Positions 8,796 to 18,562 of a stretch of DNA of 64,000 bases are shown piece after piece. The notes under the pieces are model-generated. The model did not search any database and was not told the origin of the DNA. It saw only the letters and a list, made by a program, of their open reading frames with translations. Location of the stretch: the NCBI GenBank assembly GCA_900546715.1, contig UREA01000003.1, positions 11,189 through 75,188 of the forward strand, written 5' to 3'. Both the position numbers and the translations under genes were made by a program. Source of the DNA: an uncultured Mycoplasmatota bacterium. GTDB lineage: Bacteria; Bacillota_I; Bacilli_A; RF39; UBA660. How positions within the stretch are numbered: position 1 is the stretch's first letter; each line of letters opens with the position of its first letter.

Positions 8796-10553
8796 ATGAA
8801 GGAGAAAAAAATAATATTAATTGGAATAAGTAGTGTATTTGTAATGGCTTTACTAATTACAACATTAACACTTACTTTAGGTGGTGATAATGATAATGTA
8901 TTATTAAGCGATAATGCAAATGATAAAAATTTAATTAACAATTCATTTTTAACCTTAATGTTAGAACAAAGTGATGGAACATATAAAGAATCAACTTCTA
9001 ATACATGGCCAAGTGGTAATTATGCTTTTAATGAAACATTAAGCAGGTGTGAAAATGGGGGAGAACTAAAGTGGGATAGAGAAAAAGGCATAGTAAATCT
9101 ACTTAGTAATAAATCAGATGCTTGTTATGTATATTTTGATTTATATAATGCAGTAGAAATTACTGATGTAAATACAACAAAAACAACAAATAGTGTTACT
9201 CTAACAGTAACAGTAGAAGCAGGAGAAAATCCAATAGCAACATATTATTTTAGTATGGATGGTGGTAATAGTTATCAAGAAAGTAATACCAACACTTATA
9301 CATTTAGTAATCTTGATAATGGAACAACATATACTTTTCAAGTGTATGTTGTAGATACAGAAGGTTATGAATCAAATGAAGAAGTAATAGAAGTAACTAC
9401 AGATAACTATGTAAATCCTGTTGTTAATAGTGTAACAGCAACAAGTGTAACAAATAATACAATAACAGTAAGTGTATCAGCAAGTGCGGGAACAAATGCA
9501 ATAGGAACATATATGTATTCCATAAATAATGGTTCATACACAAGTTCAAGTAGTAATACTCATACATTTAGTGGACTTTCTGCCGGAACAAGTTATACAA
9601 TAAAGGTAAAAGTAAAAGATACAAACAACATAGAATCAAGTGAATATACAATAATCACAAAAACAGAAGATACAGTATTATTAGCAGATTATATAAAGAG
9701 TAAATATACAAGCCAAAGCTCAAATGGACTTTATTATCATACAAGTTCACTAGCAAATTCAGCAGGAGATAATAGCTATAGGTATGCCGGAGCAAATCCA
9801 AATAACTATGTGTGTTTTGGTTCAAGTGCAGCGACATGCCCAAGCAATAATCTGTACCGAATAATTGGTGTTTTTGGAGATGAAGTAAAATTAATCATGG
9901 CAGATTATCCAACAACGAGTCAAACAGGAACAATAGGAGCATATTTTGACACATATTCAAGGGTAGGATTGAGTTCTAGTAATTATAAAGGAAATCAAAG
10001 CTTATCATCAGTAGGAACATATTATTGGAATCGGAATCCAAGCGGAAGCAATACATGGAGTAGTAGCAGTTTGGTAACAACAAACTTAAATACAACATTT
10101 TTAAATAATATAAGTTCGATATGGAGAAACAAAATAGCTGACAAAACGTGGTTTGTAAATGGATATGGTACATATAATGCAACTCCAAAAGAATTTTATA
10201 ATGCAGAAAGTAGTGGAACGACATGGAGTGGAAAGGTAGGATTAATATATGTAAGTGATTACGGATATGCAGCAAGTAATAGTTTATGGTCAACAATTAT
10301 GGGTTCTTATTATAAATCGTCAATAACAAGTAATAATTGGATGTATATGGGATTAGACGAATGGACAATTTCCCGGTGTTCTAGTAGTAATAGCTATGCA
10401 TACCGAGTAAATAATTCTGGCAATGTATACTACCATTACAGTGATTACTTGTATTACCGATATTATGCTATCCGTCCTTGTTTCTACCTCATCTCATCAA
10501 CTCAATATGTCAGCGGATCAGGAACTCAATCTGACCCAATTCGCATAAATTAA
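8796..10553 (+). CDS. membrane-anchored surface protein, paralog 1 (N-terminal TM, two FN3-like repeats, C-terminal lectin-like/DUF6273-like domain)
   Basis: GAGGTG RBS and ATG at 8796. Repeated about 90-aa modules (ITV.V.ASAGTN..TY.YSINNGSYTSSSSNT.TFSGLSAG.SY). C-terminal pattern NNWMY.G..EWTISR...RV...G.V....IRPCFYL...SGSG..DPIRIN. Confidence 0.75.
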   Translation: MKEKKIILIGISSVFVMALLITTLTLTLGGDNDNVLLSDNANDKNLINNSFLTLMLEQSDGTYKESTSNTWPSGNYAFNETLSRCENGGELKWDREKGIVNLLSNKSDACYVYFDLYNAVEITDVNTTKTTNSVTLTVTVEAGENPIATYYFSMDGGNSYQESNTNTYTFSNLDNGTTYTFQVYVVDTEGYESNEEVIEVTTDNYVNPVVNSVTATSVTNNTITVSVSASAGTNAIGTYMYSINNGSYTSSSSNTHTFSGLSAGTSYTIKVKVKDTNNIESSEYTIITKTEDTVLLADYIKSKYTSQSSNGLYYHTSSLANSAGDNSYRYAGANPNNYVCFGSSAATCPSNNLYRIIGVFGDEVKLIMADYPTTSQTGTIGAYFDTYSRVGLSSSNYKGNQSLSSVGTYYWNRNPSGSNTWSSSSLVTTNLNTTFLNNISSIWRNKIADKTWFVNGYGTYNATPKEFYNAESSGTTWSGKVGLIYVSDYGYAASNSLWSTIMGSYYKSSITSNNWMYMGLDEWTISRCSSSNSYAYRVNNSGNVYYHYSDYLYYRYYAIRPCFYLISSTQYVSGSGTQSDPIRIN

Positions 10554-10576
10554 TAAAATTTAACATAATTTAACAT

Positions 10577-10603
10577 AACTAATTGTAATTAGTTGTGTTT
10601 TTT
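10577..10603 (+). terminator. rho-independent terminator after paralog 1
   Basis: AACTAA/TTAGTT stem followed by GTGTTTTTT. Confidence 0.5.
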
Positions 10604-10636
10604 GATATACTTAATTATAGTAAAGGATAGGTTAAT

Positions 10637-12229
10637 ATGTTAGAGATAACTCAAGATGATAAAAAACTGAAACAAAAGAATCATACAAGTTTTACAGAAG
10701 TATTTAGAATGATTTATATAATTATATATAACATATTTTATTTTGCCATTTTAGGGGCTAAATTTGTTTTTGTAGATATATGGGTTACATTATTTACTGG
10801 AGCAAGTTATCAAGTAGATAGAACTTATCAAAAAACTAAAAAACACTTTGAGTCAGAAGAAGAAAAAATATATGAAATGACTAAAAGCAAAGCTAAGAAA
10901 CAAAAAATATATAAATATAATGCTAAAACTCTAGCTAAACTTGAAGAACAAAAGAAACAATTACTTCTTGATTTACAAACTGCTGGAGCAACAAGAAGTA
11001 AAGTACCTCACATCTATCGTTATAAAGCGAAAGATAAGAATGGACGAATTATAACTGGTACAATGAATGGATATTCTAAACTAGATATTAATTCTTATTT
11101 ACTTAATGAAGGCTATGATGTATACGAAATAAAAACAACACCATTTTATGATTTTATGTATCAAAAATCAGGATTTTTTGGAACTCCAAAAATGTCTACC
11201 AAAGATCTAATATTTTGGTTAACTCAATTATCAACCTATATTAAAGCTGGTATAACATTAAGTGAAGCCGTAAAAATACTTACTAATCAAATGGGTAAAA
11301 ACAAATCACGCAGAGATGCATTTAAAGCTATTTCATATGAACTTACTTTAGGAGAATCTTTTTCTAATGCCTTAGCTAAACAAGGTAACATGTTTCCAGC
11401 ACTTTTAATTAATATGATTAAAGCTGCTGAAGCAAGTGGTACACTTATAGAAACATTAGATGATATGTCAAATTATTACTCAGAAATTTATGAAACTAGA
11501 AAACAAATGGTTAGTGCTATGACTTATCCTGCAATAGTAATGGTTTTTTCAATTGCAGTTATTATATTCATATTAGTATATGTTGTACCACAATTTACAC
11601 AAATTTATGCAGAAAATGATGCACCAATTGCAGGTATTACCAAAATAGTTATAGATGCTAGTACCTTTATTAAAAATGAATGGTATATTATTTTAGCTAT
11701 TGTTGTATTAGTAATTGTAACTATTGTTGTATTATATAAATATGTAAAAGCATTTAGGACCTATATGCAAGTCTTTTTAATGCATTTACCAGTTATTAAA
11801 GATGTTATCATTTATAATGAAATGACTATATTTACGAAAACATTTGCATCCCTGCTTCGTAATAATGTCTTTATTACTGATAGTATGGATATTTTAAGTA
11901 AAATAACTAATAATGAAATATATAAAGCGATTCTTTATAAAACTATTAATAATATAGTTAAAGGTGAAAAAATATCAGAAGCTTTTAAAGATCACTGGGC
12001 AGTACCTGATGTTGCTTATTACATGATAGTTACTGGTGAATCAACCGGAGATCTAGCAACAATGATGCAAAAGGTAAGTGAATATTATCAATTATTACAC
12101 AAAAATATAATTAATAATTTAAAAGCATTTATTGAACCCGTTATGATTGCCTTTTTAGCGGTAGTTGTTGGGTTAATTATAATTGCAGTAATTGTACCAA
12201 TGTTTGGTATGTATGAACAAATTCAATAG
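10637..12229 (+). CDS. type II secretion/type IV pilus platform protein (GspF/PilC/ComGB family) with an extra N-terminal region of about 125 aa
   Basis: YRYKAKDKNGRIITGTMNGYS..LLNEGYDVYEI N-domain. Two repeats of the GspF fold (AGITLSEAVKIL, GEKISEAFK) and 3 TM segments. The extension carries a hydrophobic segment and a Lys-rich coiled region. Confidence 0.8.
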   Translation: MLEITQDDKKLKQKNHTSFTEVFRMIYIIIYNIFYFAILGAKFVFVDIWVTLFTGASYQVDRTYQKTKKHFESEEEKIYEMTKSKAKKQKIYKYNAKTLAKLEEQKKQLLLDLQTAGATRSKVPHIYRYKAKDKNGRIITGTMNGYSKLDINSYLLNEGYDVYEIKTTPFYDFMYQKSGFFGTPKMSTKDLIFWLTQLSTYIKAGITLSEAVKILTNQMGKNKSRRDAFKAISYELTLGESFSNALAKQGNMFPALLINMIKAAEASGTLIETLDDMSNYYSEIYETRKQMVSAMTYPAIVMVFSIAVIIFILVYVVPQFTQIYAENDAPIAGITKIVIDASTFIKNEWYIILAIVVLVIVTIVVLYKYVKAFRTYMQVFLMHLPVIKDVIIYNEMTIFTKTFASLLRNNVFITDSMDILSKITNNEIYKAILYKTINNIVKGEKISEAFKDHWAVPDVAYYMIVTGESTGDLATMMQKVSEYYQLLHKNIINNLKAFIEPVMIAFLAVVVGLIIIAVIVPMFGMYEQIQ

Positions 12230-12241
12230 GGAGTTTTATTT

Positions 12242-12997
12242 ATGGCAGTATTAATGTTTATTTTAGGAAGCATAATGGGATCTTTTTACTATTGTATAGG
12301 TATAAGACTTCCCAAAGGAGAAAATGCTTTAACCTCTAGAAGTCATTGCGATAATTGTGGTTACACTTTAAAATGGTATAATTTAATACCTCTTTTTTCT
12401 TATACCTTCCAAAAAGGAAAATGTACTAAATGCCACAAAAAAATTTCTAGTGGTCACTTTTGGTGTGAACTAGCTACATCTCTTTTGTTTATGCTTACTA
12501 GTCTTTATTTTCCTATTGGTTACAATTTTTTTGTTGGTTTAATAATTAGTTCTTTATTAATAATTATATTTGTAAGTGATTTTAAATATATGATAATTTT
12601 AGATTCACCTTTAATTATATCTAGTATTTTAATAATCATTTTAAAATTTATATATTATGATCCAATAGATGTATTAATTAGTTTAATTAGTGGTTTATGT
12701 CTATTTTTAGTCATGATTTTAATCTACAAACTAGGAAACTTCGCTTTTAAAAAAGAATCTCTTGGTGGGGGAGATATCAAATTTTCTTTTTTAATGGGTT
12801 TAATACTAGATTTTAAAATTGGTTTAGTAGCTTTAGTATTATCAGTATTTTTAGCATTACCTTATGCTGTAGCCTCATTAGAGCTCAAAAAAAATAGTGA
12901 ATTTCCCTATGGTCCATTTTTAGCTGGAGCCTTATTTATAGTATTCTTTCACTATGATAAATTTGTCTTATTAGTAGAGTTTTTATTTAATTTCTAA
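12242..12997 (+). CDS. prepilin peptidase (A24 family)
   Basis: N-terminal Cys motif CDNCGYTLKWYNLIPLFSY...CTKCHKKIS and the catalytic-Asp motifs (FVSDFKYMIILD, GGGDIKF). Confidence 0.85.
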   Translation: MAVLMFILGSIMGSFYYCIGIRLPKGENALTSRSHCDNCGYTLKWYNLIPLFSYTFQKGKCTKCHKKISSGHFWCELATSLLFMLTSLYFPIGYNFFVGLIISSLLIIIFVSDFKYMIILDSPLIISSILIIILKFIYYDPIDVLISLISGLCLFLVMILIYKLGNFAFKKESLGGGDIKFSFLMGLILDFKIGLVALVLSVFLALPYAVASLELKKNSEFPYGPFLAGALFIVFFHYDKFVLLVEFLFNF

Positions 12998-13086
12998 ATA
13001 ATATAAACAAGTATTCCCGCAACAACACTACCAACCATTAATAAAAGCATAATCCAAACAGCAATCTTTTGCACTTTTTTATTCAT
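12994..13086 (-). CDS. 30-aa hydrophobic peptide (candidate small membrane protein)
   Basis: Own translation MNKKVQKIAVWIMLLLMVGSVVAGILVYII, preceded by an AAAGGAGAAAAAC RBS. Convergent with the pilD stop and overlapping it. Confidence 0.35.
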   Translation of the reverse strand: MNKKVQKIAVWIMLLLMVGSVVAGILVYII

Positions 13087-13165
13087 GTTTTTCTCCTTTC
13101 AAAATTAACTATTAATAATTTATCATATTTTCACCATTTTTTCAATATAATTAAGTGGTGATAAT

Positions 13166-13744
13166 ATGTGGACAAGCTTAAATAAAAAAGTATTTCTTTT
13201 TATTAGTATTATCTTAATTATTGGACTAACCTCCGGCATATTATTTTTAGTTTTCTTAAATGAAGCTAGTAAAGAAATCATATTTTTAAATATTAATGAT
13301 TATTTACAAAACTTAAATAATTTTACTTTTAATAATATTTTTATGGATATTATAATATTATCTAGTTTAATTATTTTATCAATATTTATTATAGGTATAC
13401 CTATATCAGTATTTTTTATCTTTTTTAATGGTTTTTCTTTAGGATTTGTCATTGCTAGTTTAAGTGCTATATTTGGTTTTAAAGGTTTTATTTATAGTTT
13501 AATATATTTAATATTAAATAAGTTAGTTTTTATATTTTTCTTATATTTTCTATGCTTAGCATTATATAAAATAGTTCTAATTATGTTTAAAAATTTCATT
13601 CATAAAGAAAAAATTAATCGTGATGAAATAATTCATTTACTAAAAAAAATTGGTTTATGTTTACTTATTATATTAATTTATGATCTAATTTTATATTTCT
13701 TTGGTAGTAAAATCATTAGTTTATTTAACTTTTTTATTTTCTAA
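13166..13744 (+). CDS. SpoIIM-like (DUF95) polytopic membrane protein
   Basis: 192 aa with about 5 TM segments. Size and topology resemble stage II sporulation protein M; this is a weak call. Confidence 0.35.
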   Translation: MWTSLNKKVFLFISIILIIGLTSGILFLVFLNEASKEIIFLNINDYLQNLNNFTFNNIFMDIIILSSLIILSIFIIGIPISVFFIFFNGFSLGFVIASLSAIFGFKGFIYSLIYLILNKLVFIFFLYFLCLALYKIVLIMFKNFIHKEKINRDEIIHLLKKIGLCLLIILIYDLILYFFGSKIISLFNFFIF

Positions 13745-13784
13745 TCTTTATTTTTACTTCTATTTAAGGTATACTATAGTAGTG

Positions 13785-14897
13785 ATGTTTATGGAAAAAG
13801 TTATCGTTGGTGTAAGTGGGGGAGTAGATTCAGCAGTTGCTTTAATCCTCCTAAAAAAAGAAGGTTATGACGTTGAAGGCTTATTCATGCGTAATTGGGA
13901 TAGTACTATTAATAATGATTATTTAGGTAATCCCAACAATTTAAATGATATATGTCCTCAAGAAAAAGATTATAATGATGCCCTAGAATTGTGTAACTCT
14001 CTTGGTATAAAATTACATCGAGTTGATTTTATTAAAGAATACTGGGACAATGTTTTCACTTACTTTTTAGAAGAACTAAAAAAGGGGAGAACACCAAACC
14101 CTGATATGCTATGTAATCGCTATATTAAATTTGATTTATTTGTGAAACATGCCAAGAAACTTGGAGCTGACTTTATTGCAACAGGACATTATGCCAGAAT
14201 TAAGGACGGTAAATTACTTCGAGCAGTTGATTTAAATAAAGATCAAACTTATTTTCTAGCAGATGTTAAACCCGAAAATCTCCGTAATGTTTTATTTCCC
14301 ATCGGCGATTACACTAAAGAGATGGTAAGAAAAATTGCTCTAGATTATAATTTAAATGTAGCTAAGAAAAAAGATTCTACTGGAATTTGTTTTATTGGTG
14401 AGAGAAATTTTCAAAAATTTACTCAAAATTACTTAAAACCTAATCCTGGGGATATATTAGATGTAAAAACTAAAGAAGTAATCGGTAGACATAATGGGCT
14501 CATGAATTATACTATTGGTCAAAGAAGAAATGTTGGTATTAGTGGTTATCAAGATAGACACTATGTTTGTGGTAAGGATGTCGAAAAAAACATTTTATAT
14601 GTCGCTTTTGGGGAAGATAATGAATATTTAGAAAGTGATGCCTGTTTAATTGAAAATGTTAATTTTATCTCGGGACTACGCCCAACATTTTGTACCGCTA
14701 AATTTAGGTATCGAGATTTAGATCATCCAGTTGAACTTGAATACCTTGAAAATAATGAAATAATGGTCAAATATAGTGGTAAAGCATCTAGCGTTACCCC
14801 CGGACAAGCTTGTGTTTTATATCTTGGTGAAGAATGTTTAGGTTGTGGTTTTATCAAAAATGTTTATAAAAATAATGAGAAACTATGGTATTTGTAA
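13785..14897 (+). CDS. mnmA: tRNA 2-thiouridine(34) synthase
   Basis: PP-loop VIVGVSGGVDSAV plus NPDMLCN, ATGHYAR and KDQTYFL motifs. Start at ATG 13785 or 13791. Confidence 0.95.
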   Translation: MFMEKVIVGVSGGVDSAVALILLKKEGYDVEGLFMRNWDSTINNDYLGNPNNLNDICPQEKDYNDALELCNSLGIKLHRVDFIKEYWDNVFTYFLEELKKGRTPNPDMLCNRYIKFDLFVKHAKKLGADFIATGHYARIKDGKLLRAVDLNKDQTYFLADVKPENLRNVLFPIGDYTKEMVRKIALDYNLNVAKKKDSTGICFIGERNFQKFTQNYLKPNPGDILDVKTKEVIGRHNGLMNYTIGQRRNVGISGYQDRHYVCGKDVEKNILYVAFGEDNEYLESDACLIENVNFISGLRPTFCTAKFRYRDLDHPVELEYLENNEIMVKYSGKASSVTPGQACVLYLGEECLGCGFIKNVYKNNEKLWYL

Positions 14898-14967
14898 AAC
14901 TGGACTTGATTTTAAGTGTAAAGTTATGTATAATTGATGTATAAGTAAAGTAAAGGAAAGTGAAATT

Positions 14968-15738
14968 ATGAACAAATTAAATGAAATATTACAAGAATTA
15001 GGCTTATCAAAAGTAAAACTGGCTAAATATTTAGGAGTATCAAGACAAATGGTTTATAACTATTTAGTCTTAGATAGTTTAGATAAATGGCCAAAAGAAA
15101 AGAAAGTTTTATTATTAGAATTACTAGATATTAAAGATACTAGTGAAGAAACCCTAAATAATTTAGTAGTAGATACGGAATATTTAATGGGAGTTGAAAA
15201 AAGATTAAATTCTTCAATTAAATCTGGCAACCGTTTTGAAACAGGAATAGATTTTTCTAATCTAACCAAAGACAAGAAAACTCTACTTAATGATTTTATC
15301 TTCTTATTAAAGGAAAAATTAGAAGATGGCGATGATTCAGATATGGCTGCAATTAAATATACTTATTATTTATTACAAGCTATGGATAATATCCCTGAAG
15401 CTAAATACTTTTTAGGTTATATGGCCAAATCAAACGGTTTTATTAAACCTGATGAAAATGCCTTTGATGCTGACAAACAATTTGTTTTTGAAGGAATTTT
15501 ATATACAGCCCTAACTTTATATAATAATGGTGGAGCTAGCAAAAGTAGACTTGCTGATAAACACCAAAAATTTATTGAAGAAATTGAACAAAAAAATGAA
15601 GATAAATTAAGTCGTACACAACAACTAAATACAGTTAAAGTTCAAGCTTTAAAAGAATTAGGTTATGACTCAATAGATTCTAGTAATGCAGCTGAATTTT
15701 TTGAAAAAATAGCAGAAATTGAAGCTAGAAAGTTATAA
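14968..15738 (+). CDS. HTH-domain protein (N-terminal XRE-like HTH, helical C-terminal region)
   Basis: LSKVKLAKYLGVSRQMVYNYL HTH. TTGATT, 17-nt spacer, TATAAT promoter upstream. Confidence 0.6.
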   Translation: MNKLNEILQELGLSKVKLAKYLGVSRQMVYNYLVLDSLDKWPKEKKVLLLELLDIKDTSEETLNNLVVDTEYLMGVEKRLNSSIKSGNRFETGIDFSNLTKDKKTLLNDFIFLLKEKLEDGDDSDMAAIKYTYYLLQAMDNIPEAKYFLGYMAKSNGFIKPDENAFDADKQFVFEGILYTALTLYNNGGASKSRLADKHQKFIEEIEQKNEDKLSRTQQLNTVKVQALKELGYDSIDSSNAAEFFEKIAEIEARKL

Positions 15739-15745
15739 GGTGTAT

Positions 15746-16555
15746 ATGAAGAAGAAAAGTATTAAGAAAAAAGATTTAATTACTATAGGTATCATTATTA
15801 TTGTATTACTTATCATATTACTAGCAATATTTCTATTTAAAGGTCAAAAATTAGATACTAATCGTACATTAATTAATAATTTATATAATTATTTAGGAAG
15901 TAATGATTTAGAAATTTGTAATGGTCTCCAAGTTTATAGTGATAAGGAAGTAAATTACGATTCTCTAGATAATAAAACCCGTTTATGTACCGCATATAGA
16001 TTATTAGATGATGAAAACATAAGCGTAAAAGAATATGAAGAAACAGAAGATGAAACTTGTAATATAAATGAAAATATCACTTATGCTACAGATAATTATG
16101 ATAGTGATAAATGTAGTGTAGAACAAATTAGTAAAGATGATTTAAACAATAAATACAAAGAAATATTTGGCAAAGATATAAGTGATGAAAGTGAATTTTC
16201 TGTTAATTATAACACAATTTGTTATAGTGATGAAGATAATTATTATTGTGGCCTTGCTGAGTCTTATACCAAAACTTTCGGAGCAGAACCACATACCTAT
16301 CGAACAATTAAAGATGCGTATAAAAAAGGTGATGAAGTAATAATATATGACTATTTCTTAAAAATAGTTAATGGTGAATGTTACAATTCTTATGTTAATG
16401 GTACAACCAATAACAATTGTACTAATGAACTTCCTGAAGAGGAAGAAGATTATAATATTGATTATGATTTTTTAAAGAAATATGGCACACTTTATAAGCA
16501 TACATTTAAACAATCTGGTGATACCTATTATTGGGTATCTAGTATTCCTGAATAA
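15746..16555 (+). CDS. bitopic membrane protein with Cys/Asn/Tyr-rich ectodomain
   Basis: AAGGTG RBS and ATG at 15746. Lys-rich N-tail plus a single TM segment. Terminator hairpin GTAAAG/CTTTAC with a T-run follows. Confidence 0.6.
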   Translation: MKKKSIKKKDLITIGIIIIVLLIILLAIFLFKGQKLDTNRTLINNLYNYLGSNDLEICNGLQVYSDKEVNYDSLDNKTRLCTAYRLLDDENISVKEYEETEDETCNINENITYATDNYDSDKCSVEQISKDDLNNKYKEIFGKDISDESEFSVNYNTICYSDEDNYYCGLAESYTKTFGAEPHTYRTIKDAYKKGDEVIIYDYFLKIVNGECYNSYVNGTTNNNCTNELPEEEEDYNIDYDFLKKYGTLYKHTFKQSGDTYYWVSSIPE

Positions 16556-16645
16556 GTAAAGATAAAAATTCTTTACTTTTTTAATGATTTTTTTAAAATA
16601 TAATGTTATAATAGAAATATAATTAAGATATGGAGTGTATAGTTT

Positions 16646-18511
16646 ATGAATGAAGAAAATAAGAATAATTTAGAAAGTGCTTCAAATAATGAAGTACTAA
16701 ATGGAGGAGAAACTTTAGAAGTTAATCAAACTAAAGCAAGTACAGAAGAAAGCATTAATAATACAAATTTAAATGAAATTGCAGCACCAGGAACAACACT
16801 AGGAGTTAATCCTCCAAGTGAAAATACTAGTCCAAATAATAATGAAGTAAAACCTAAAAACAATAAAAAGAAAATAATAATTATTATAAGCATCATTATC
16901 GGAGTAATACTTCTAGCAATTATTGCTTTATTTGTCTATATTAAAGTAAGTTTTAATGCCGGTAAATATTTAGATGAAAAGCTAGAAGAATTTACAACAG
17001 GAGTTAATGAAGTATTTAGTGCCTTTAATTTAAATAGTAATTCTGATGATGTAAGATATCAAGGAACACTTAAAGCTAATACCAATATTGCCCAATTTAC
17101 AGGAATAAATAATGCTACAATTGATTTTACAGCCAATTATTCATTAGTAGATAAAATAATTGATCTTAATTTTGATGTTTTAAATGTTGATACAAGTATT
17201 TTAAATGGTGAATTATATTTAAATGAAAATAGACTTGTATTAGATTCCAATATTTCTGATACCCCTTTATATATGGATATAACATCTACAACAGATACTG
17301 CAATCTCTCAAGAAGAATTAATGAATGTTTTAAATGATGCTAATTATTTTATTAATAAATTTGCAACATTTATCGCAAGTGCTCTAAAAGAAACTGCTCT
17401 TACCACTAAAATAGATGGTTTAACTGCCAAATACACTTATGAAGTAAATGATAATAATAAAGATGAATTTGCTAATAAAATGAATGAATTAATTGGCAAT
17501 GATACTGAATTTAAGAGCATTTTGGAAGAATTACTAGGAGAAGATGATCCTACAGTTAAAGCTGATAATATTGAAGATTTTACTTTCTATATTGAAACTA
17601 AAATACCTTCAGGAGATGTTCAAATATTTTTTGTAGTAATCGATAAAGAAACAATTATGAGTGGGGAAAGAATAGATGATAATACCCTAAGAATTTATAT
17701 TGGAGAAGATTATGAATTTGATATTATTACTAAGGGTGATGAAGTAACTATTAATTGGGAAATTGATAGCGAAAATACTTTAAATATCACATATAATGAA
17801 AAAAGTGGAGAAATAAATGGAACAATTGTAAGTGATGATACAACAATAGCCATTAACTCCAATAAAAAAAGTGATAATGAAGCAGAATATACTATATCAT
17901 TAACTGATAATTATTTTGATACCTTAATAGAAGCATCATTTACTAAAAATAACAATAATTTAGTAGGTTATTTATTAATTCAAGAAGAAAGTGAAGAAAT
18001 AAAAATAGACTTTGATGTAACTCTTACAACTGGTAATGATTTTGTAAGTGAAAAAACATTTGATAATGCCGAAGATATTAATAGTTTAACTTTTGATGAA
18101 CAAGCCCAAATTGAAGCTAATTTACAAGATGCTTTAGCAGTATTTTTTGGAGATTTAATCGCTAACACAAATCAAGATGAATTTTTAGGTGTTGCAAGCA
18201 CTTTAATTGATGATGCAAGTGCTTATCTAATGACTCAAAGTATATTAAATCCATCATTTCTTCCAAGTAATGATGGCGATACAACTTGCATTACAGTAGA
18301 TGAATTAATTGCTGAAGGATACACAGATGTAACTAATGAATATAGCGGCAAAATTGAAATTACTAAAAATGGTAATCTTTACGATTATAAAATATCTTTA
18401 ACTGATGGCCAATATATGTTATTAAACCAAGAATCATATAATATTACTAGTAATTATCTAGAAAACTATGATGCTACCAGATTTAATCAAGAATATTATA
18501 CATGTAGTTAA
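16646..18511 (+). CDS. large membrane-anchored surface protein (621 aa)
   Basis: Low-complexity N-terminal region, one TM segment (IIIIISIIIGVILLAIIALFVYI) and a long acidic ectodomain. Confidence 0.65.
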   Translation: MNEENKNNLESASNNEVLNGGETLEVNQTKASTEESINNTNLNEIAAPGTTLGVNPPSENTSPNNNEVKPKNNKKKIIIIISIIIGVILLAIIALFVYIKVSFNAGKYLDEKLEEFTTGVNEVFSAFNLNSNSDDVRYQGTLKANTNIAQFTGINNATIDFTANYSLVDKIIDLNFDVLNVDTSILNGELYLNENRLVLDSNISDTPLYMDITSTTDTAISQEELMNVLNDANYFINKFATFIASALKETALTTKIDGLTAKYTYEVNDNNKDEFANKMNELIGNDTEFKSILEELLGEDDPTVKADNIEDFTFYIETKIPSGDVQIFFVVIDKETIMSGERIDDNTLRIYIGEDYEFDIITKGDEVTINWEIDSENTLNITYNEKSGEINGTIVSDDTTIAINSNKKSDNEAEYTISLTDNYFDTLIEASFTKNNNNLVGYLLIQEESEEIKIDFDVTLTTGNDFVSEKTFDNAEDINSLTFDEQAQIEANLQDALAVFFGDLIANTNQDEFLGVASTLIDDASAYLMTQSILNPSFLPSNDGDTTCITVDELIAEGYTDVTNEYSGKIEITKNGNLYDYKISLTDGQYMLLNQESYNITSNYLENYDATRFNQEYYTCS

Positions 18512-18562
18512 AAACTATAGCCAAATCAATAATAATTTGCTAAAATAATAATAGTGATTGTT

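Noticed and set aside
8925-8975. NSFLTLMLEQ in both surface-protein paralogs as a prepilin (G-FTLxE) signal processed by the adjacent PilD
   Set aside because: There is no Gly before the Phe, the Glu is at +7 rather than +5, and a polar region follows instead of the hydrophobic pilin helix. The true TM anchor lies upstream.
10366-10553. Paralog 1's C-terminal region acting as a DGR template repeat for paralog 2's variable region
   Set aside because: A codon-by-codon comparison shows differences at T, C and G positions as well as at A (for example AAT versus TCC, TCT versus GCT), and the lengths differ. A template/variable-region pair should differ only at template adenines.
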